A DNA stretch of 64,000 nt from Candidatus Moraniibacteriota bacterium (GCA_049303795.1 JBAQNM010000015.1:36590-100589), one strand, 5' to 3'. Counted from the first letter of the stretch, positions 1 through 10,341 are shown. Notes: generated from the sequence alone by a model not told the origin. Program-made: numbers and translations.

Positions 1-1
1 A

Positions 2-292
2 GAAGCACTCTCCTATCCTCCATTTGGAAAGATTGCCAAATTAGTCTTTCAAGATTATAATAAGCCCAGAGTTGATGAAGAAACAAAAAAGGGTTATGAC
101 CGCTTAACTGAAGCAAAGAATGAACTAAAAATAACTGAACCACAAGATTGTTTTATTCCAAAAATCAGAGGAAAATTTCGCAAGCAAATAATAATAAAAT
201 TCGATTCCAGTCTACCAGAAAAAACCAAACAAATCTTGAAATCACTTCCCTCTGGCTGGATTATTGATATCGATCCAATCTCAACTACATAA
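2..292 (+). CDS. priA: primosomal protein N' (PriA) C-terminal fragment; the 5' end lies outside the window
   Basis: Open frame from the window edge to TAA at 290-292. The tail ...IRGKFRKQIIIKFDSSLPEK...GWIIDIDPIS resembles the PriA C-terminal domain. The priA-def-fmt order is conserved. Confidence 0.55.
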   Translation, partial: EALSYPPFGKIAKLVFQDYNKPRVDEETKKGYDRLTEAKNELKITEPQDCFIPKIRGKFRKQIIIKFDSSLPEKTKQILKSLPSGWIIDIDPISTT

Positions 293-303
293 AAATTAGA
301 CCT

Positions 304-744
304 ATGACAATTCTCCCAATTCAAGTTTACCCAGCGCCTTGTCTCAAAAAAAAGACGCAAGAAATTGAAAACCCCAAAGATCCTCAAATTCAGGAACTCA
401 TTTTGGACATGATCGAAACAATGAAGGAAAATAACGGCATGGGCTTGGCCGCTCCGCAAGTGGGAAAATCATTGCGTCTTTGCGTGATCAAATTCGAAAG
501 AAAAACTTATGTACTAATCAATCCTAAGTTCAAATCAAAATCTTGGAGTAAGGAAATTTGCGAAGAAGGCTGTCTTTCATTTCCCGGTCAATTTTTGCCT
601 ATCAAGCGTTCAAAAAAAGTTAAAGTTATTGCCAAAAATAAAGCGGGAAAAGAAATAGAAATCAAAGCAGAAGGTCTTTTGGCCAGGGCATTGCAACATG
701 AAATAGACCATTTAGATGGAATTTTATATATTGAGAGAAGTTAA
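304..744 (+). CDS. def: peptide deformylase
   Basis: All three PDF motifs are present: GLAAPQVG, EGCLSFPG and QHEIDHLDG. Length is 146 aa. Confidence 0.92.
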   Translation: MTILPIQVYPAPCLKKKTQEIENPKDPQIQELILDMIETMKENNGMGLAAPQVGKSLRLCVIKFERKTYVLINPKFKSKSWSKEICEEGCLSFPGQFLPIKRSKKVKVIAKNKAGKEIEIKAEGLLARALQHEIDHLDGILYIERS

Positions 745-751
745 GCATTTA

Positions 752-1726
752 ATGGACAATTTTATGGACGAAAAATCAATCAAATTGAGAGTTATTTTCA
801 TGGGCACATCGGATTTTGCCGATAAAATTTTAAAATCGATTATTGCTGAAAAATATAATGTTATTAGTGTCTATACCCAACCAGATAAAAAAGTTGGGCG
901 TGAACAAACATTGGAAAAAACAGCTGTAAAAATTACTGCGGAAACAAAAAAAATTCCAGTTTTCTCACCTACCAGATTCGGAGATACAGAAATTGCCCAA
1001 CTAGAAGAGCAAAAACCAGATATATTGATTGTAGCCGCTTATGGTAAAATTCTTCCTAAAAAAGTTCTCGAAATGGCAGGTTTTGGGGCAATCAATATCC
1101 ATGCCTCTCTGCTACCCGAATACCGCGGACCATCACCAATTCAAAATGCTATTTTGGATGGAGAAAAAGAAACTGGCGTGACAATAATGCTTATGGACAC
1201 TGGAATTGATACAGGTAAAATTTTAAGTCAAAAGAAAATAACAATCGGACCGGATGAAAAAAGTGCCGAACTTTCAACAAGACTGGCAGAGTTATCGATA
1301 AAACTTCTCTTGGAAACAATCCCACTTTGGATTAGGAGAAAAATTGAACCGATTGAACAAGATGAATCAAAAGCAACTCTCTGCCAACTAATCGAGAGGA
1401 GTGATGGAAAAGTGATGTGGACGAATGCTGCTCAAGATATCTATAATCAATATCGTGCTTTTTTTACCTGGCCAGGCATTTTCACCTATTGGCAAAAAGA
1501 TTCCTCACTTAGTAGAATTAAACTAAATAAAATTAATTTCAAAGATAAGAGTCCTTCAGAGACCCATCACATCGGAGAAGTTTTCATACTAGAAGAAAAA
1601 GTTGTTGTGCAAACTGGCAAAGGTATTATCTTACTAGAAGAATTGCAAAAAGAAGGTAAAACTAATATTAAAATAAATGATTTTGTTAATGGCAACCCGG
1701 AATTTATTGGTAGTATTTTAAAATAA
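752..1726 (+). CDS. fmt: methionyl-tRNA formyltransferase
   Basis: N-terminal IFMGTSDFA and the formyltransferase core NIHASLLPEYRGPSPIQNAILDGEKETGVTIM. Start chosen at ATG 752, just after the def stop; the ORF track starts at 716. Confidence 0.9.
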   Translation: MDNFMDEKSIKLRVIFMGTSDFADKILKSIIAEKYNVISVYTQPDKKVGREQTLEKTAVKITAETKKIPVFSPTRFGDTEIAQLEEQKPDILIVAAYGKILPKKVLEMAGFGAINIHASLLPEYRGPSPIQNAILDGEKETGVTIMLMDTGIDTGKILSQKKITIGPDEKSAELSTRLAELSIKLLLETIPLWIRRKIEPIEQDESKATLCQLIERSDGKVMWTNAAQDIYNQYRAFFTWPGIFTYWQKDSSLSRIKLNKINFKDKSPSETHHIGEVFILEEKVVVQTGKGIILLEELQKEGKTNIKINDFVNGNPEFIGSILK

Positions 1727-1732
1727 TTTTTT

Positions 1733-2587
1733 ATGCAAGATAATATGCATCAACCAAAAAACGAAAATATAAAAATATTGACTATCGGCTTTGTTTTGAT
1801 TTTATTTATTGCCATAATTACAATATTAAAACCCTACGTAGGAGGAAAAAACAATGAAGAAACTCCCAAGGAAGCTACTGCTGATTTGATAAAAAGAGAA
1901 AGCGTGGACACAACAAAAATTAATAAAATTACACCGAAAGAATTATCCGGAAGGATTAAAAGTCGTGATAAAATAATCCTTATTGATTTGCGTGATGCAG
2001 TTGATTTTGAAATGGAACACATCCCAAACTCTCAAAACATTCCAATTGACCAACTATCCTCAGCAATCAAGTCGCTAGATAAAAACAAAGAATACGTCCT
2101 ATTTGACGATATCTGCGAAATAATAAACATAAATTCTATCGCTGATAGTTTGTCAGCTGAAGGTTATAAAAATATTTATTATCTAGAAGGCGGTTTTAAT
2201 AATTGGAAAAATAGTTTCAATCAAACAATCACCGAGGGAAATCCAGATTCATTTTCCGATCAAGCAAAAATTAACTACCTCTCCAGTGATCAACTCAAAG
2301 AAATGATAGCAAGCAAAGAAGAAGGTTCATTTTTATTAATTGACGTACGTAAAAGTTCAGAGTTTGATGCAGGACATCTTAAAGGTGCAATTAATATTCC
2401 ACTAGACGACTTGGAAAGAAGGAACGCCGAAATTCCTTTTAGAAAAGAAGTTGTCCTCTATGACACAACTGGCATTGACGCCTTTAAAGCCGGCGTTAGA
2501 CTTTTTGATCTTGGTAATTTTAATGCCTTTACGCTTTCTGATGGACTGCTTACTTGGAAACAAAAGGGTTATGAAATAGTTAAATAA
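1733..2587 (+). CDS. tandem rhodanese-domain protein with an N-terminal TM segment
   Basis: Two rhodanese-like segments (IDLRDAVDFEMEHIPNSQNIPID and IDVRKSSEFDAGHLKGAINIPLDDL). The second domain lacks an obvious catalytic Cys. There is an N-terminal hydrophobic helix. Confidence 0.65.
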   Translation: MQDNMHQPKNENIKILTIGFVLILFIAIITILKPYVGGKNNEETPKEATADLIKRESVDTTKINKITPKELSGRIKSRDKIILIDLRDAVDFEMEHIPNSQNIPIDQLSSAIKSLDKNKEYVLFDDICEIININSIADSLSAEGYKNIYYLEGGFNNWKNSFNQTITEGNPDSFSDQAKINYLSSDQLKEMIASKEEGSFLLIDVRKSSEFDAGHLKGAINIPLDDLERRNAEIPFRKEVVLYDTTGIDAFKAGVRLFDLGNFNAFTLSDGLLTWKQKGYEIVK

Positions 2588-2589
2588 AA

Positions 2590-2865
2590 TTATTCTATTA
2601 TCGCTAAAATATCCTCCGATTTAAGGATTAGAAAATCACCCCCGTCAATCTTAATTTCTGAACCTGAATATTTAGCAAAAATTATCACTTGATTTTTTTT
2701 AACTTTAATTTTTTCACTATCACCAACAGCAACCACTTTTCCTTCTTGTGGACGGTCAACGCTGGCTGTATCAGGAAGCACAATACCTGATTTAGTTTTT
2801 TGATCGGCCTTAGATATTTTCACTAATACATTTTCTCCCAGTGGTTTAATATTTTCTTTTTTCAT
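2590..2865 (-). CDS. groES: co-chaperonin GroES
   Basis: MKKENIKPLGENVLVKI...SGIVLPD...GKVVAVG... fits the GroES pattern. Internal Met start at 2865 gives 92 aa. No groEL is adjacent. Confidence 0.85.
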   Translation of the reverse strand: MKKENIKPLGENVLVKISKADQKTKSGIVLPDTASVDRPQEGKVVAVGDSEKIKVKKNQVIIFAKYSGSEIKIDGGDFLILKSEDILAIIE

Positions 2866-2881
2866 ATAATTTAAAATTAAT

Positions 2882-3610
2882 TTAATTAACAATCTTAACC
2901 TCATCACATTCACAATTTCTATCTTCACCTTTCTCCATGTAGGCGTGTAAAAAAACTGCCTGAGAAGCAAATAATTTTAAAATTTCAATATTCCTCGGTT
3001 TTTTCTCCTCTTGATCATCATAGTTATTAACCACCAAAAAACTCTTGATTTGATTAATTTTTTGCGGAGAGGAAATAATTAAATAATCTTCTTGTTTTTT
3101 AATATTAACATTTTCAGGCATACCTATCAATTCCTTGTTAGAAACTCGCATATTGGTATTTTCTGGTATTTTAAGCTCCCTTTCAGTTCTTTGCGTTTCT
3201 GTGTTTATGAACCGCAACGTTGTCGAATCGCCTTTCAAAAGAAAATTAGCGGCATTAATAATTGATTCATATACCTCCTTTTCTTTCTTTTTATCTAGAA
3301 GTGATCGGTCAGCCAGACCTAACGCAACTTCCATCAAAATATCCATTTTGCGATTTACTTCGCCGATATAACTATAGGAATCAACTAGATCTTTAACCGT
3401 TTGGTTCATCTTTTTTTGTGCTTTCTCTTTTTCTTTTCGTTGAGCTGCTATGCGACGCTCATTGCGCAAAAAAGTTAGAAAAGCGATTGTTCCCAAAGAA
3501 AAAATGATTATTTCCTCAGCACGTTCTTCTGGCAGAAAAGAAATATTACTTCTGATTATATCGGGAATCATCACTGCTATTATAAATAAAAATGAAAAAA
3601 ACCAATACAT
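2882..3610 (-). CDS. hypothetical membrane protein
   Basis: 242-aa ORF with two N-terminal hydrophobic helices followed by a charged linker. No recognisable catalytic motif. Confidence 0.5.
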   Translation of the reverse strand: MYWFFSFLFIIAVMIPDIIRSNISFLPEERAEEIIIFSLGTIAFLTFLRNERRIAAQRKEKEKAQKKMNQTVKDLVDSYSYIGEVNRKMDILMEVALGLADRSLLDKKKEKEVYESIINAANFLLKGDSTTLRFINTETQRTERELKIPENTNMRVSNKELIGMPENVNIKKQEDYLIISSPQKINQIKSFLVVNNYDDQEEKKPRNIEILKLFASQAVFLHAYMEKGEDRNCECDEVKIVN

Positions 3611-3615
3611 AGGCC

Positions 3616-4581
3616 TTATGAATTATTTTTTAACATTAATAATAAATTTTGTTTTAAGTTGTCTATTTGCTCTTGGTTGTGGATAGAAGCAACATATACA
3701 TTTGAATTTATTTTCTGCATTTGCTTAACTCTTTGATCGATAATCTTCTCGTCAGAAAGATCACTTTTTGTAAGTAGAATAATCTCTTTTTTCTTTATTA
3801 AATCCGGACTATAATTTCCCAACTCTTTTCTGATGACGTCGTAGTCTTTTTTAAGATCAGCTGACTCTAAACTAATACAATGAACTAGAATTTTTGTTCT
3901 CTGAATATGACGCAAAAATTTAATTCCCAATCCCTTTCCATTAGATGCACCTTCTATCAGCCCTGGTATATCAGCTAAAATAACACCGTCCATGACACCT
4001 AAATTAGGTTCCAGTGTTGTGAAATCATAATTACCCACTTTTGCATTCGCCATCGTTAACTCATTAAGTATGGAAGATTTTCCTGCGCTGGGAATACCAA
4101 TCAATCCGATATCCGCAATAAAGCGAAGTTCGATTAGAAAATCAACTTCTTCTCCAGGACTGCCCAATTCTCTTTCCTCAGGGGAAGTGTTGATCGGTGA
4201 GCGAAAACTGAAATTTCCTCGACCACCCATTCCTCCTTTGGCCACAAGCACCTTCTGGCCAACTTCAGTGATGTCAATTTCTTTTTTCATATTCACAAAA
4301 TGAAGAACACTGCCAATCGGAACTGTTAATATTAAGTCCTTTCCACTTTTTCCTTCTGAATTATCCTTCTTACCATTCATTCCATTTTCTGCATAATATT
4401 CTTTTTTGTGCTTATATTTATTTAATGCAGATAAATTAGAAACACCTTCAAAATAGACATTACCTCCCTTGCCACCCTTACCACCAGTCGGTCCGAGACT
4501 CATTTTAATTTTATTAAAAGCTACTACTCCGTCACCACCGTGACCGGCAATGACAGCTATTTTTACTTCATCTGTAAACAC
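3616..4581 (-). CDS. obg: GTPase Obg
   Basis: Obg fold glycine-rich N-terminus (IAVIAGHGGDGVVAF, GGKGGKGGNVYFE) and G-domain (GLIGIPSAGKSSIL, DIPGLIEGA). Confidence 0.92.
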   Translation of the reverse strand: MFTDEVKIAVIAGHGGDGVVAFNKIKMSLGPTGGKGGKGGNVYFEGVSNLSALNKYKHKKEYYAENGMNGKKDNSEGKSGKDLILTVPIGSVLHFVNMKKEIDITEVGQKVLVAKGGMGGRGNFSFRSPINTSPEERELGSPGEEVDFLIELRFIADIGLIGIPSAGKSSILNELTMANAKVGNYDFTTLEPNLGVMDGVILADIPGLIEGASNGKGLGIKFLRHIQRTKILVHCISLESADLKKDYDVIRKELGNYSPDLIKKKEIILLTKSDLSDEKIIDQRVKQMQKINSNVYVASIHNQEQIDNLKQNLLLMLKNNS

Positions 4582-4599
4582 AATTTTTAGTTTAAATAA

Positions 4600-4848
4600 T
4601 TATTTTTTTGGAACGGGATCATACCCTCCATCATTCCAAGGATGACAACGAACTATCCTACGAAATCCTAGCCAACTTCCTTTCAAAATACCAAAACGAT
4701 CAATTGCTTCATAGGTATACTGACTGCAAAGTGGATGAAAACGGCAAATACGTTCAGAGAATAAATAAGAGAAAAACCCTTGATCCAGGGAAAGTGTCTT
4801 TTGATATAGCCTAATAAGACCTAATGCGATTTTTTTCATTTGATTCAT
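4600..4848 (-). CDS. yidD: membrane protein insertion efficiency factor YidD
   Basis: [19 protein letters not shown]...[17 protein letters not shown] is the YidD/hemolytic-domain signature. The start may be the internal M at 4839. Confidence 0.75.
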   Translation of the reverse strand: MNQMKKIALGLIRLYQKTLSLDQGFFSYLFSERICRFHPLCSQYTYEAIDRFGILKGSWLGFRRIVRCHPWNDGGYDPVPKK

Positions 4849-4916
4849 CTTAGTCTTTAAAGCACTTTATGTCAAGCATTTTTTTGCTTCTGTTAGCCAA
4901 TAAATACTCTTCTATA

Positions 4917-6707
4917 TTACTCGACGTCACCCACCTCTTGCAATTTTATTAATTTGTGATACAAGCCGCCGTTTACGCGTGAAAGTTCCAAATGATTGCC
5001 TTGTTCAACAACCTTTCCTCGTTCAAGCACAATAATCTTATCTGCTTTTTTAATTGTGCTTAGGCGATGTGCAATCAGGATTACTGTTCTGTTTTTACTA
5101 ATTTTATCCATAGCATCTTGAATCAAGCGCTCTGAATAGGAATCCAGACTGCTAGTGGCTTCATCAAAAATCAAAATACGTGGATTAGCTAAAATTGCGC
5201 GAGCAATTCCCAATCTCTGTCTTTGTCCACCAGAAAGTTTAATTCCGCGCTCACCAACCGTTGTGTTATATCCATCTTTTAGCTGTAAAATAAATTCTTC
5301 TGCATTAGCAATGCGAGCAGCGGCTTTTATTTCCGAAATTGTCGCGTTCGGTTTGGCATAAGAAATATTATCCCTAACACTTGTATCAAAAATTTCCACT
5401 TCCTGAGGGACAATCGCAATAAATCTGCGAAAAGCATATAAATCATAATCTTTTAAGTCTTTCCCATCTAGCAAAATTTGACCGCCACTTGGATCGTAAT
5501 GACGATAGATCATACGTACAACTGTTGTTTTGCCTCCACCAGATGGACCAACCAAGGCTGTTACACAACCAGAGCCAATTTTAAAACTAACCTCGTCCAA
5601 AGCGCGATTATCACTTCCGCTATAACAAAAAGATAATTTTTTGAATTCAACCACTCCTTCTATATTTTTTGGCTTGATTCCACGTGAATTATTTTTAATA
5701 TCAAACTCTTCCATCGACAAAATATATAGCCTTTCCACTGCCTCACTTGATTCCATGATTCTGTCATATAAACGTGAAATGCGGAAAAGTGAAAGCAAGC
5801 CTTTTTCCGAAATAGTATACACAAAAACTAAACTTCCCACGGTAATTTGCTTCTCCATTACTAGATAAATTCCAAAAAGCAACACACAGCCCCTTCCCAA
5901 ATCAATTACAAAATTGCGCGCCACATTATATTTAAGAATTCTTTTAAATTCTTCAAGAATACTATTTTTAACTTTTTCTGTTGCTTTCACAAATTGATTA
6001 TGCTCACGCAATTCCTGCACAAAGGATTTTACCGTGTTAATATTGATGATTGATTGGGTCATTAAACTTCCCATTACTTCCTGCTCATCAAAGCGTTTTT
6101 TGCGGAAAGGAAAAACCATCTTATTAACACGTAAAGTCAGGAAAATAAAAATAGGCACAAAAATTAAAATGATAAGACCAAAGCGCCAATTAACTACAAA
6201 CAGTGTAATAGTTGTAAAAATAATTTGAAAAATAGTTGGTGCCACTTCCCAAAAGAAATTGCTACATAAATCATCAATCTTATCCACACCACGGTTTATT
6301 TTAATAATTTTACTGCCGGTATTTTCTTTTTCGTGATAACCAAGGCCCAAAAATACCATTTTTTTATGAGCATTGATAGAAAGATAGGAAATCACATCAA
6401 CTAAAATGTCAAAAATTTTCCGATCAGCAAAATAATCAATAAGAGAAAAAATCTGATTAACCAAAAACATTCCGGCAATTAAAATTAAAATACTCCTAAG
6501 CTGTGCCACGTCAAAAGTAGTAATCTTATCAATTATTATCTTGAGCATATATGGACCAACCAGATGGACAACCTCCATAACCATAATCAAAAGCGACAGA
6601 TATATAATCTGCTTGCGACTTGGTTTAAGAAGTTTCCAGATACGAACCCAAAAGCCCTTAAGATCAATCTTTATTTGTTTTTTTTCATCTTGCTTTTGCA
6701 TATTCAA
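4917..6707 (-). CDS. ABC exporter, fused permease/ATPase (MsbA-like)
   Basis: Six-TM N-terminal half. Walker A GPSGGGKTT, ABC signature LSGGQRQRLGIARA, Walker B ILIFDEATSSLD. Confidence 0.9.
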   Translation of the reverse strand: MNMQKQDEKKQIKIDLKGFWVRIWKLLKPSRKQIIYLSLLIMVMEVVHLVGPYMLKIIIDKITTFDVAQLRSILILIAGMFLVNQIFSLIDYFADRKIFDILVDVISYLSINAHKKMVFLGLGYHEKENTGSKIIKINRGVDKIDDLCSNFFWEVAPTIFQIIFTTITLFVVNWRFGLIILIFVPIFIFLTLRVNKMVFPFRKKRFDEQEVMGSLMTQSIININTVKSFVQELREHNQFVKATEKVKNSILEEFKRILKYNVARNFVIDLGRGCVLLFGIYLVMEKQITVGSLVFVYTISEKGLLSLFRISRLYDRIMESSEAVERLYILSMEEFDIKNNSRGIKPKNIEGVVEFKKLSFCYSGSDNRALDEVSFKIGSGCVTALVGPSGGGKTTVVRMIYRHYDPSGGQILLDGKDLKDYDLYAFRRFIAIVPQEVEIFDTSVRDNISYAKPNATISEIKAAARIANAEEFILQLKDGYNTTVGERGIKLSGGQRQRLGIARAILANPRILIFDEATSSLDSYSERLIQDAMDKISKNRTVILIAHRLSTIKKADKIIVLERGKVVEQGNHLELSRVNGGLYHKLIKLQEVGDVE

Positions 6708-6837
6708 TAAAACAAAAAAATAAAGGGAGCTATCCCTTCTTTTATAATAATATTATTTATTCTTTTGCGCAAATTTAGTTAAATAAAAAAGCAGGATTGA
6801 AATAAAATACACTCCCAATTCCACATTGTCAAGCTTT

Positions 6838-7236
6838 TTATTTGTGCAGATTTTTTTCCATAGAAACACTTGAAAAATTCATAGTATCACCCGCAATTGC
6901 CTTTAAAACATAGACCAATTGATCTTCATTTATAGCAATCCGTTCATCATTTAAAATTTCAAATTTAATTTTATTTTCTCCAGTTTCATTTTTTATTACT
7001 ATACCTCCACTATTTATATCCCCTTCTTCAGGCACGACAGAAACTGTTGTGTAATTTGCAGTGTCTCTTTTGACTGCTCTTAGAACAAACAACAATTCCT
7101 TTTTACCGACCACTAACCTTCCGTCTTTCAAAATATCAAATCTAACTACATTTTCTCCAAATTCATTCTTTATTTTTATCATACCACTTTCAGTTTCTCT
7201 TTTTTCAGGTGATGCTGATGGCTCTTTAAATTCCAT
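6838..7236 (-). CDS. hypothetical protein with an internally duplicated ~50-aa domain
   Basis: Two tandem copies: IKIKNEFGENVVRFDILKDGRLV...LFVLRAV and IVIKNETGENKIKFEILNDERIA...VYVLKAI. Confidence 0.5.
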   Translation of the reverse strand: MEFKEPSASPEKRETESGMIKIKNEFGENVVRFDILKDGRLVVGKKELLFVLRAVKRDTANYTTVSVVPEEGDINSGGIVIKNETGENKIKFEILNDERIAINEDQLVYVLKAIAGDTMNFSSVSMEKNLHK

Positions 7237-7271
7237 ATTTTTTAAAATTAATTTTGATTAAAACACAAATC

Positions 7272-9620
7272 CTATTGCAATATTTTTCCTCCTTGCCCGA
7301 CTTGATCAATTCTAACGGAAAGCAATTTTGACATTCCATCTTCACCCATTGTTACTCCATAAAGCAGTGCGGCTTGACGCATTGTTTCACGATTATGCGT
7401 GATAGTCACAAACTGTGTGCGAGAAGAAAGTTCTTGAATAATTCTTCCGAAACGCTTCGAATTAGCTTCGTCCAATGCTGCTTCCACTTCATCTAGAATT
7501 GAAAATGGTGGTGGATTATGAGCAATAATTGCAAAAAGAAGTGCCAGAGACGTTAGTGAACGCTCACCGCCAGAAAGCATAGAAAGATTGCTAATTCTTT
7601 TTCCAGCCGGACAAGCTGAAATGTCAATTCCTATTTCATTATTATCCTCTTTTTCCTTTTCAGAATTTTCCTCTGGAAGAGAATCTGATTCAGCCTCACC
7701 TTCTCCATTTTCCTCATCTGTCAAAATTTCTTTGCTCTTTCTGGGTTTAATATTTATTTTAGTCAAATGTGCGTCTCCGCCTCCAAAAATAATCCGGAAA
7801 TATTTAGAAAATTCTTTATTGATTTCAGCAAAAGTTTCATGAAATTTTTCATTCACCTTCTTTTCCATTTCTCTAATCACCTCTCGCAGTGAAACAAGCG
7901 CATTTTCCAAATCTTGAGATTCTTTAGTCAAAAAATCAAAGCGCTTACTCGTCTCATCATATTCCGTCATCACTAAAGGATCGATTCCTCCAATTTGTTC
8001 CATTTGAAATTTCAACTTAGCGATTTCTCTTTCCAATAAAAATTGATCCTCGACTTCCTTAACTGTCTCACCTAAAACTGAAACTTCTATTTTAAGCTCT
8101 TCTAAGACACGTGCTTTTAAATCCTCCTCTCGCACTTCAATTTTTGCTAGAGATATCTTGAAATCATTAAATTTATCTCGAAAAGTATTTACCTCATTTT
8201 GTCTTTGACGCAGTTCATGCTCAATTTGAAAAAATTGTTGTCTCCTAGCACGATCACGCGCCACCTCTTCTTGAATATCTTTAGCAATTTTTTCCAACTC
8301 TTTTTGCAATTCACTAATTTCTTGACGAACTTTTTCAGCTTTCGCTTTAAGTTCGAGGATAATTGGCGTATCGACACGCGGAACTATTGCCAATTTTGGC
8401 TTCTCATCGGGCACTCGTTCTTCCTTTTTTCCTTTTTCAATATCTAGTTTTAAATCGCTCAATCTCTTTCCGATTTTTCCCGCTAGCACTTGTAAATCCT
8501 TTAGATCTTCAAGACTCTTTGCCTCACTCAGTTTCTTAATCAGCATTTCTTGATCATGCCTAATTTCGTCCAAATTATTTTTCACATAACTTAAATCAAC
8601 CGGCTGACTTTTGATCTTTATTTCTTCAATTATTTGAATACTCTTTTGCTTTTCCCTTTCGATTTCAACACGACCAGACAGAATCATAACTTCGCGCTCC
8701 AAATCATTTAGCTTATTTCTTTTTTCTCTTTGGATTTTTTCCAATTCAGCCAAAGCTTCATTAGCCTTTTCTTCCTTAGACCTACTATTAATCTCGTCAG
8801 TCAATTTATCTGCTTCACGCTGAACATTCATCATGCGCCGACCTAATTCGTCTTTTTCTTCACTTAACCTTATTTTTTCCTCAGTAAATTTATTCCATAA
8901 GTAGGTATAGAGAATTGTTTGTTTTTCTTTTAAGTCTCTAGCAACAACTTCGCTCTGAGCGGCTTTTTCTGCCTGGCGCTTCAAAACCTTAAGATGTGGC
9001 CTAATTTCTTCAATAAGCTCACCAACACGCAATAAATTTTCCTTAGTCGTTTCTAATTTACGCAGAGATCTTTCTTTTTTTATTTGATATTGCTTAACGC
9101 CAGCTGCTTCTTCAATCACAAATCTTCGCTCCAAAGGAGTGGCATTCAAAACTGCGTCTGCCATTCCCTGATTGATAATGGCGTGACTCTCCTTGCCTAT
9201 CCCAGTTTTTGCCAAAATATCAACGATATCTTGCAATCTTACTCGAGAACCATTTATAAGATATTCGCTTTCCCCACTACGAAAAATTTTTCGAGAAATT
9301 GAAACTTCAGAAAAATCTAAAGGAATTCTTTTTTCACTATTATCAAAATATAAGGTTACTTGAGCACTGCCCAACTTAGCTTTTTTTCCTGAGCCAGCAA
9401 AAATAATGTCTTCGGATTTCTTACTTCGCAAGTTTTTCATTGATTGCTCACCAATCACCCAGCGCATTGCATCGGCAATATTAGATTTTCCACTACCATT
9501 CGGTCCGACAATAGCTGCGATGCCACTAACACCATTTTCATTATTAGACAACGAAAAATCCAACACCGTTTTCGTTGCGAAAGATTTAAACCCATTAATT
9601 TCCAGTTTTTTGAGAAACAT
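7272..9620 (-). CDS. smc: SMC-family chromosome segregation ATPase, short and apparently hinge-less
   Basis: Canonical SMC N-terminal head (LEINGFKSFA...IVGPNGSGKSNIADAMRWVIGEQS...ERRFVIEEAAGV) and C-terminal head (LSGGERSLTSLALLFAI...ILDEVEAALDE). Only ~780 aa with continuous coiled coil. Start taken at internal Met 9620. Confidence 0.8.
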   Translation of the reverse strand: MFLKKLEINGFKSFATKTVLDFSLSNNENGVSGIAAIVGPNGSGKSNIADAMRWVIGEQSMKNLRSKKSEDIIFAGSGKKAKLGSAQVTLYFDNSEKRIPLDFSEVSISRKIFRSGESEYLINGSRVRLQDIVDILAKTGIGKESHAIINQGMADAVLNATPLERRFVIEEAAGVKQYQIKKERSLRKLETTKENLLRVGELIEEIRPHLKVLKRQAEKAAQSEVVARDLKEKQTILYTYLWNKFTEEKIRLSEEKDELGRRMMNVQREADKLTDEINSRSKEEKANEALAELEKIQREKRNKLNDLEREVMILSGRVEIEREKQKSIQIIEEIKIKSQPVDLSYVKNNLDEIRHDQEMLIKKLSEAKSLEDLKDLQVLAGKIGKRLSDLKLDIEKGKKEERVPDEKPKLAIVPRVDTPIILELKAKAEKVRQEISELQKELEKIAKDIQEEVARDRARRQQFFQIEHELRQRQNEVNTFRDKFNDFKISLAKIEVREEDLKARVLEELKIEVSVLGETVKEVEDQFLLEREIAKLKFQMEQIGGIDPLVMTEYDETSKRFDFLTKESQDLENALVSLREVIREMEKKVNEKFHETFAEINKEFSKYFRIIFGGGDAHLTKINIKPRKSKEILTDEENGEGEAESDSLPEENSEKEKEDNNEIGIDISACPAGKRISNLSMLSGGERSLTSLALLFAIIAHNPPPFSILDEVEAALDEANSKRFGRIIQELSSRTQFVTITHNRETMRQAALLYGVTMGEDGMSKLLSVRIDQVGQGGKILQ

Positions 9621-9651
9621 TTTTATTTTAAATAAGTGATGTTCAAAAACA

Positions 9652-10341
9652 CTACCAACTTTTTGCTTCCAATGCTTTTTCTGCAGCATTCCTCTGGGCC
9701 TCTTGCTTGGAAAGCCCTTCACCCTTAGCTACCATATCATCACCCAAAAAAGCTCCCACAACAAATTTTTTATCATGATCTGGTCCGCTTTCTTCTAGGA
9801 CACGATAAGATGGTGTTGTGCCGATTCGTTCTTGTGATTCTTCCTGAAAACGGCTTTTTGGATCGAGATATAATTTATTTTCTATGATATCCGGTAATTT
9901 TGTTACAACTTGTTTGAGAATAAACTCCCTGCAAACATTATAGCCTTCTTCTTTTTGATCCAAATAAATTGCCCCCACAATTGCTTCAAATGCATTGGCA
10001 AGTAGATATTGACGTGCCCTTCCCATATCCTTAGCTTCACCTCTGCTCATCATTAAATATTCTTCAACACCAAGTTCTTTGGAAATCTTAGCCAACATTT
10101 CCCCACAAACCAAAGCCGCTCGCCAATTTGTCATTTCACCTTCTGGATTGGAATAATTATTATATAAATGCTCGGTCACAACCAATTCCAAGACCGCATC
10201 ACCTAAAAATTCCAGACGTTCATTATGCTCTAATTTATAGTCTCGATGTTCGTTTAAATAAGAACGATGCGTTACCGCCTGCTTCAATAGATCAAGATTA
10301 TTAAATTTTACTTCAATTTTTTCCGCTAATTTTTCAACCAC
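9652..10341 (-). CDS. rnc: ribonuclease III
   Basis: RNase III signature ERLEFLGDAVLEL and a C-terminal dsRBD ending KQEAQRNAAEKALE. Confidence 0.92.
   Translation of the reverse strand: MVEKLAEKIEVKFNNLDLLKQAVTHRSYLNEHRDYKLEHNERLEFLGDAVLELVVTEHLYNNYSNPEGEMTNWRAALVCGEMLAKISKELGVEEYLMMSRGEAKDMGRARQYLLANAFEAIVGAIYLDQKEEGYNVCREFILKQVVTKLPDIIENKLYLDPKSRFQEESQERIGTTPSYRVLEESGPDHDKKFVVGAFLGDDMVAKGEGLSKQEAQRNAAEKALEAKSW

Noticed and set aside
94-459. 121-aa minus-strand ORF in the track
   Set aside because: It lies antisense to the priA tail and the def start. Its composition is Cys/Phe/Ile-rich and junk-like, and it has no RBS, so it is not a gene.
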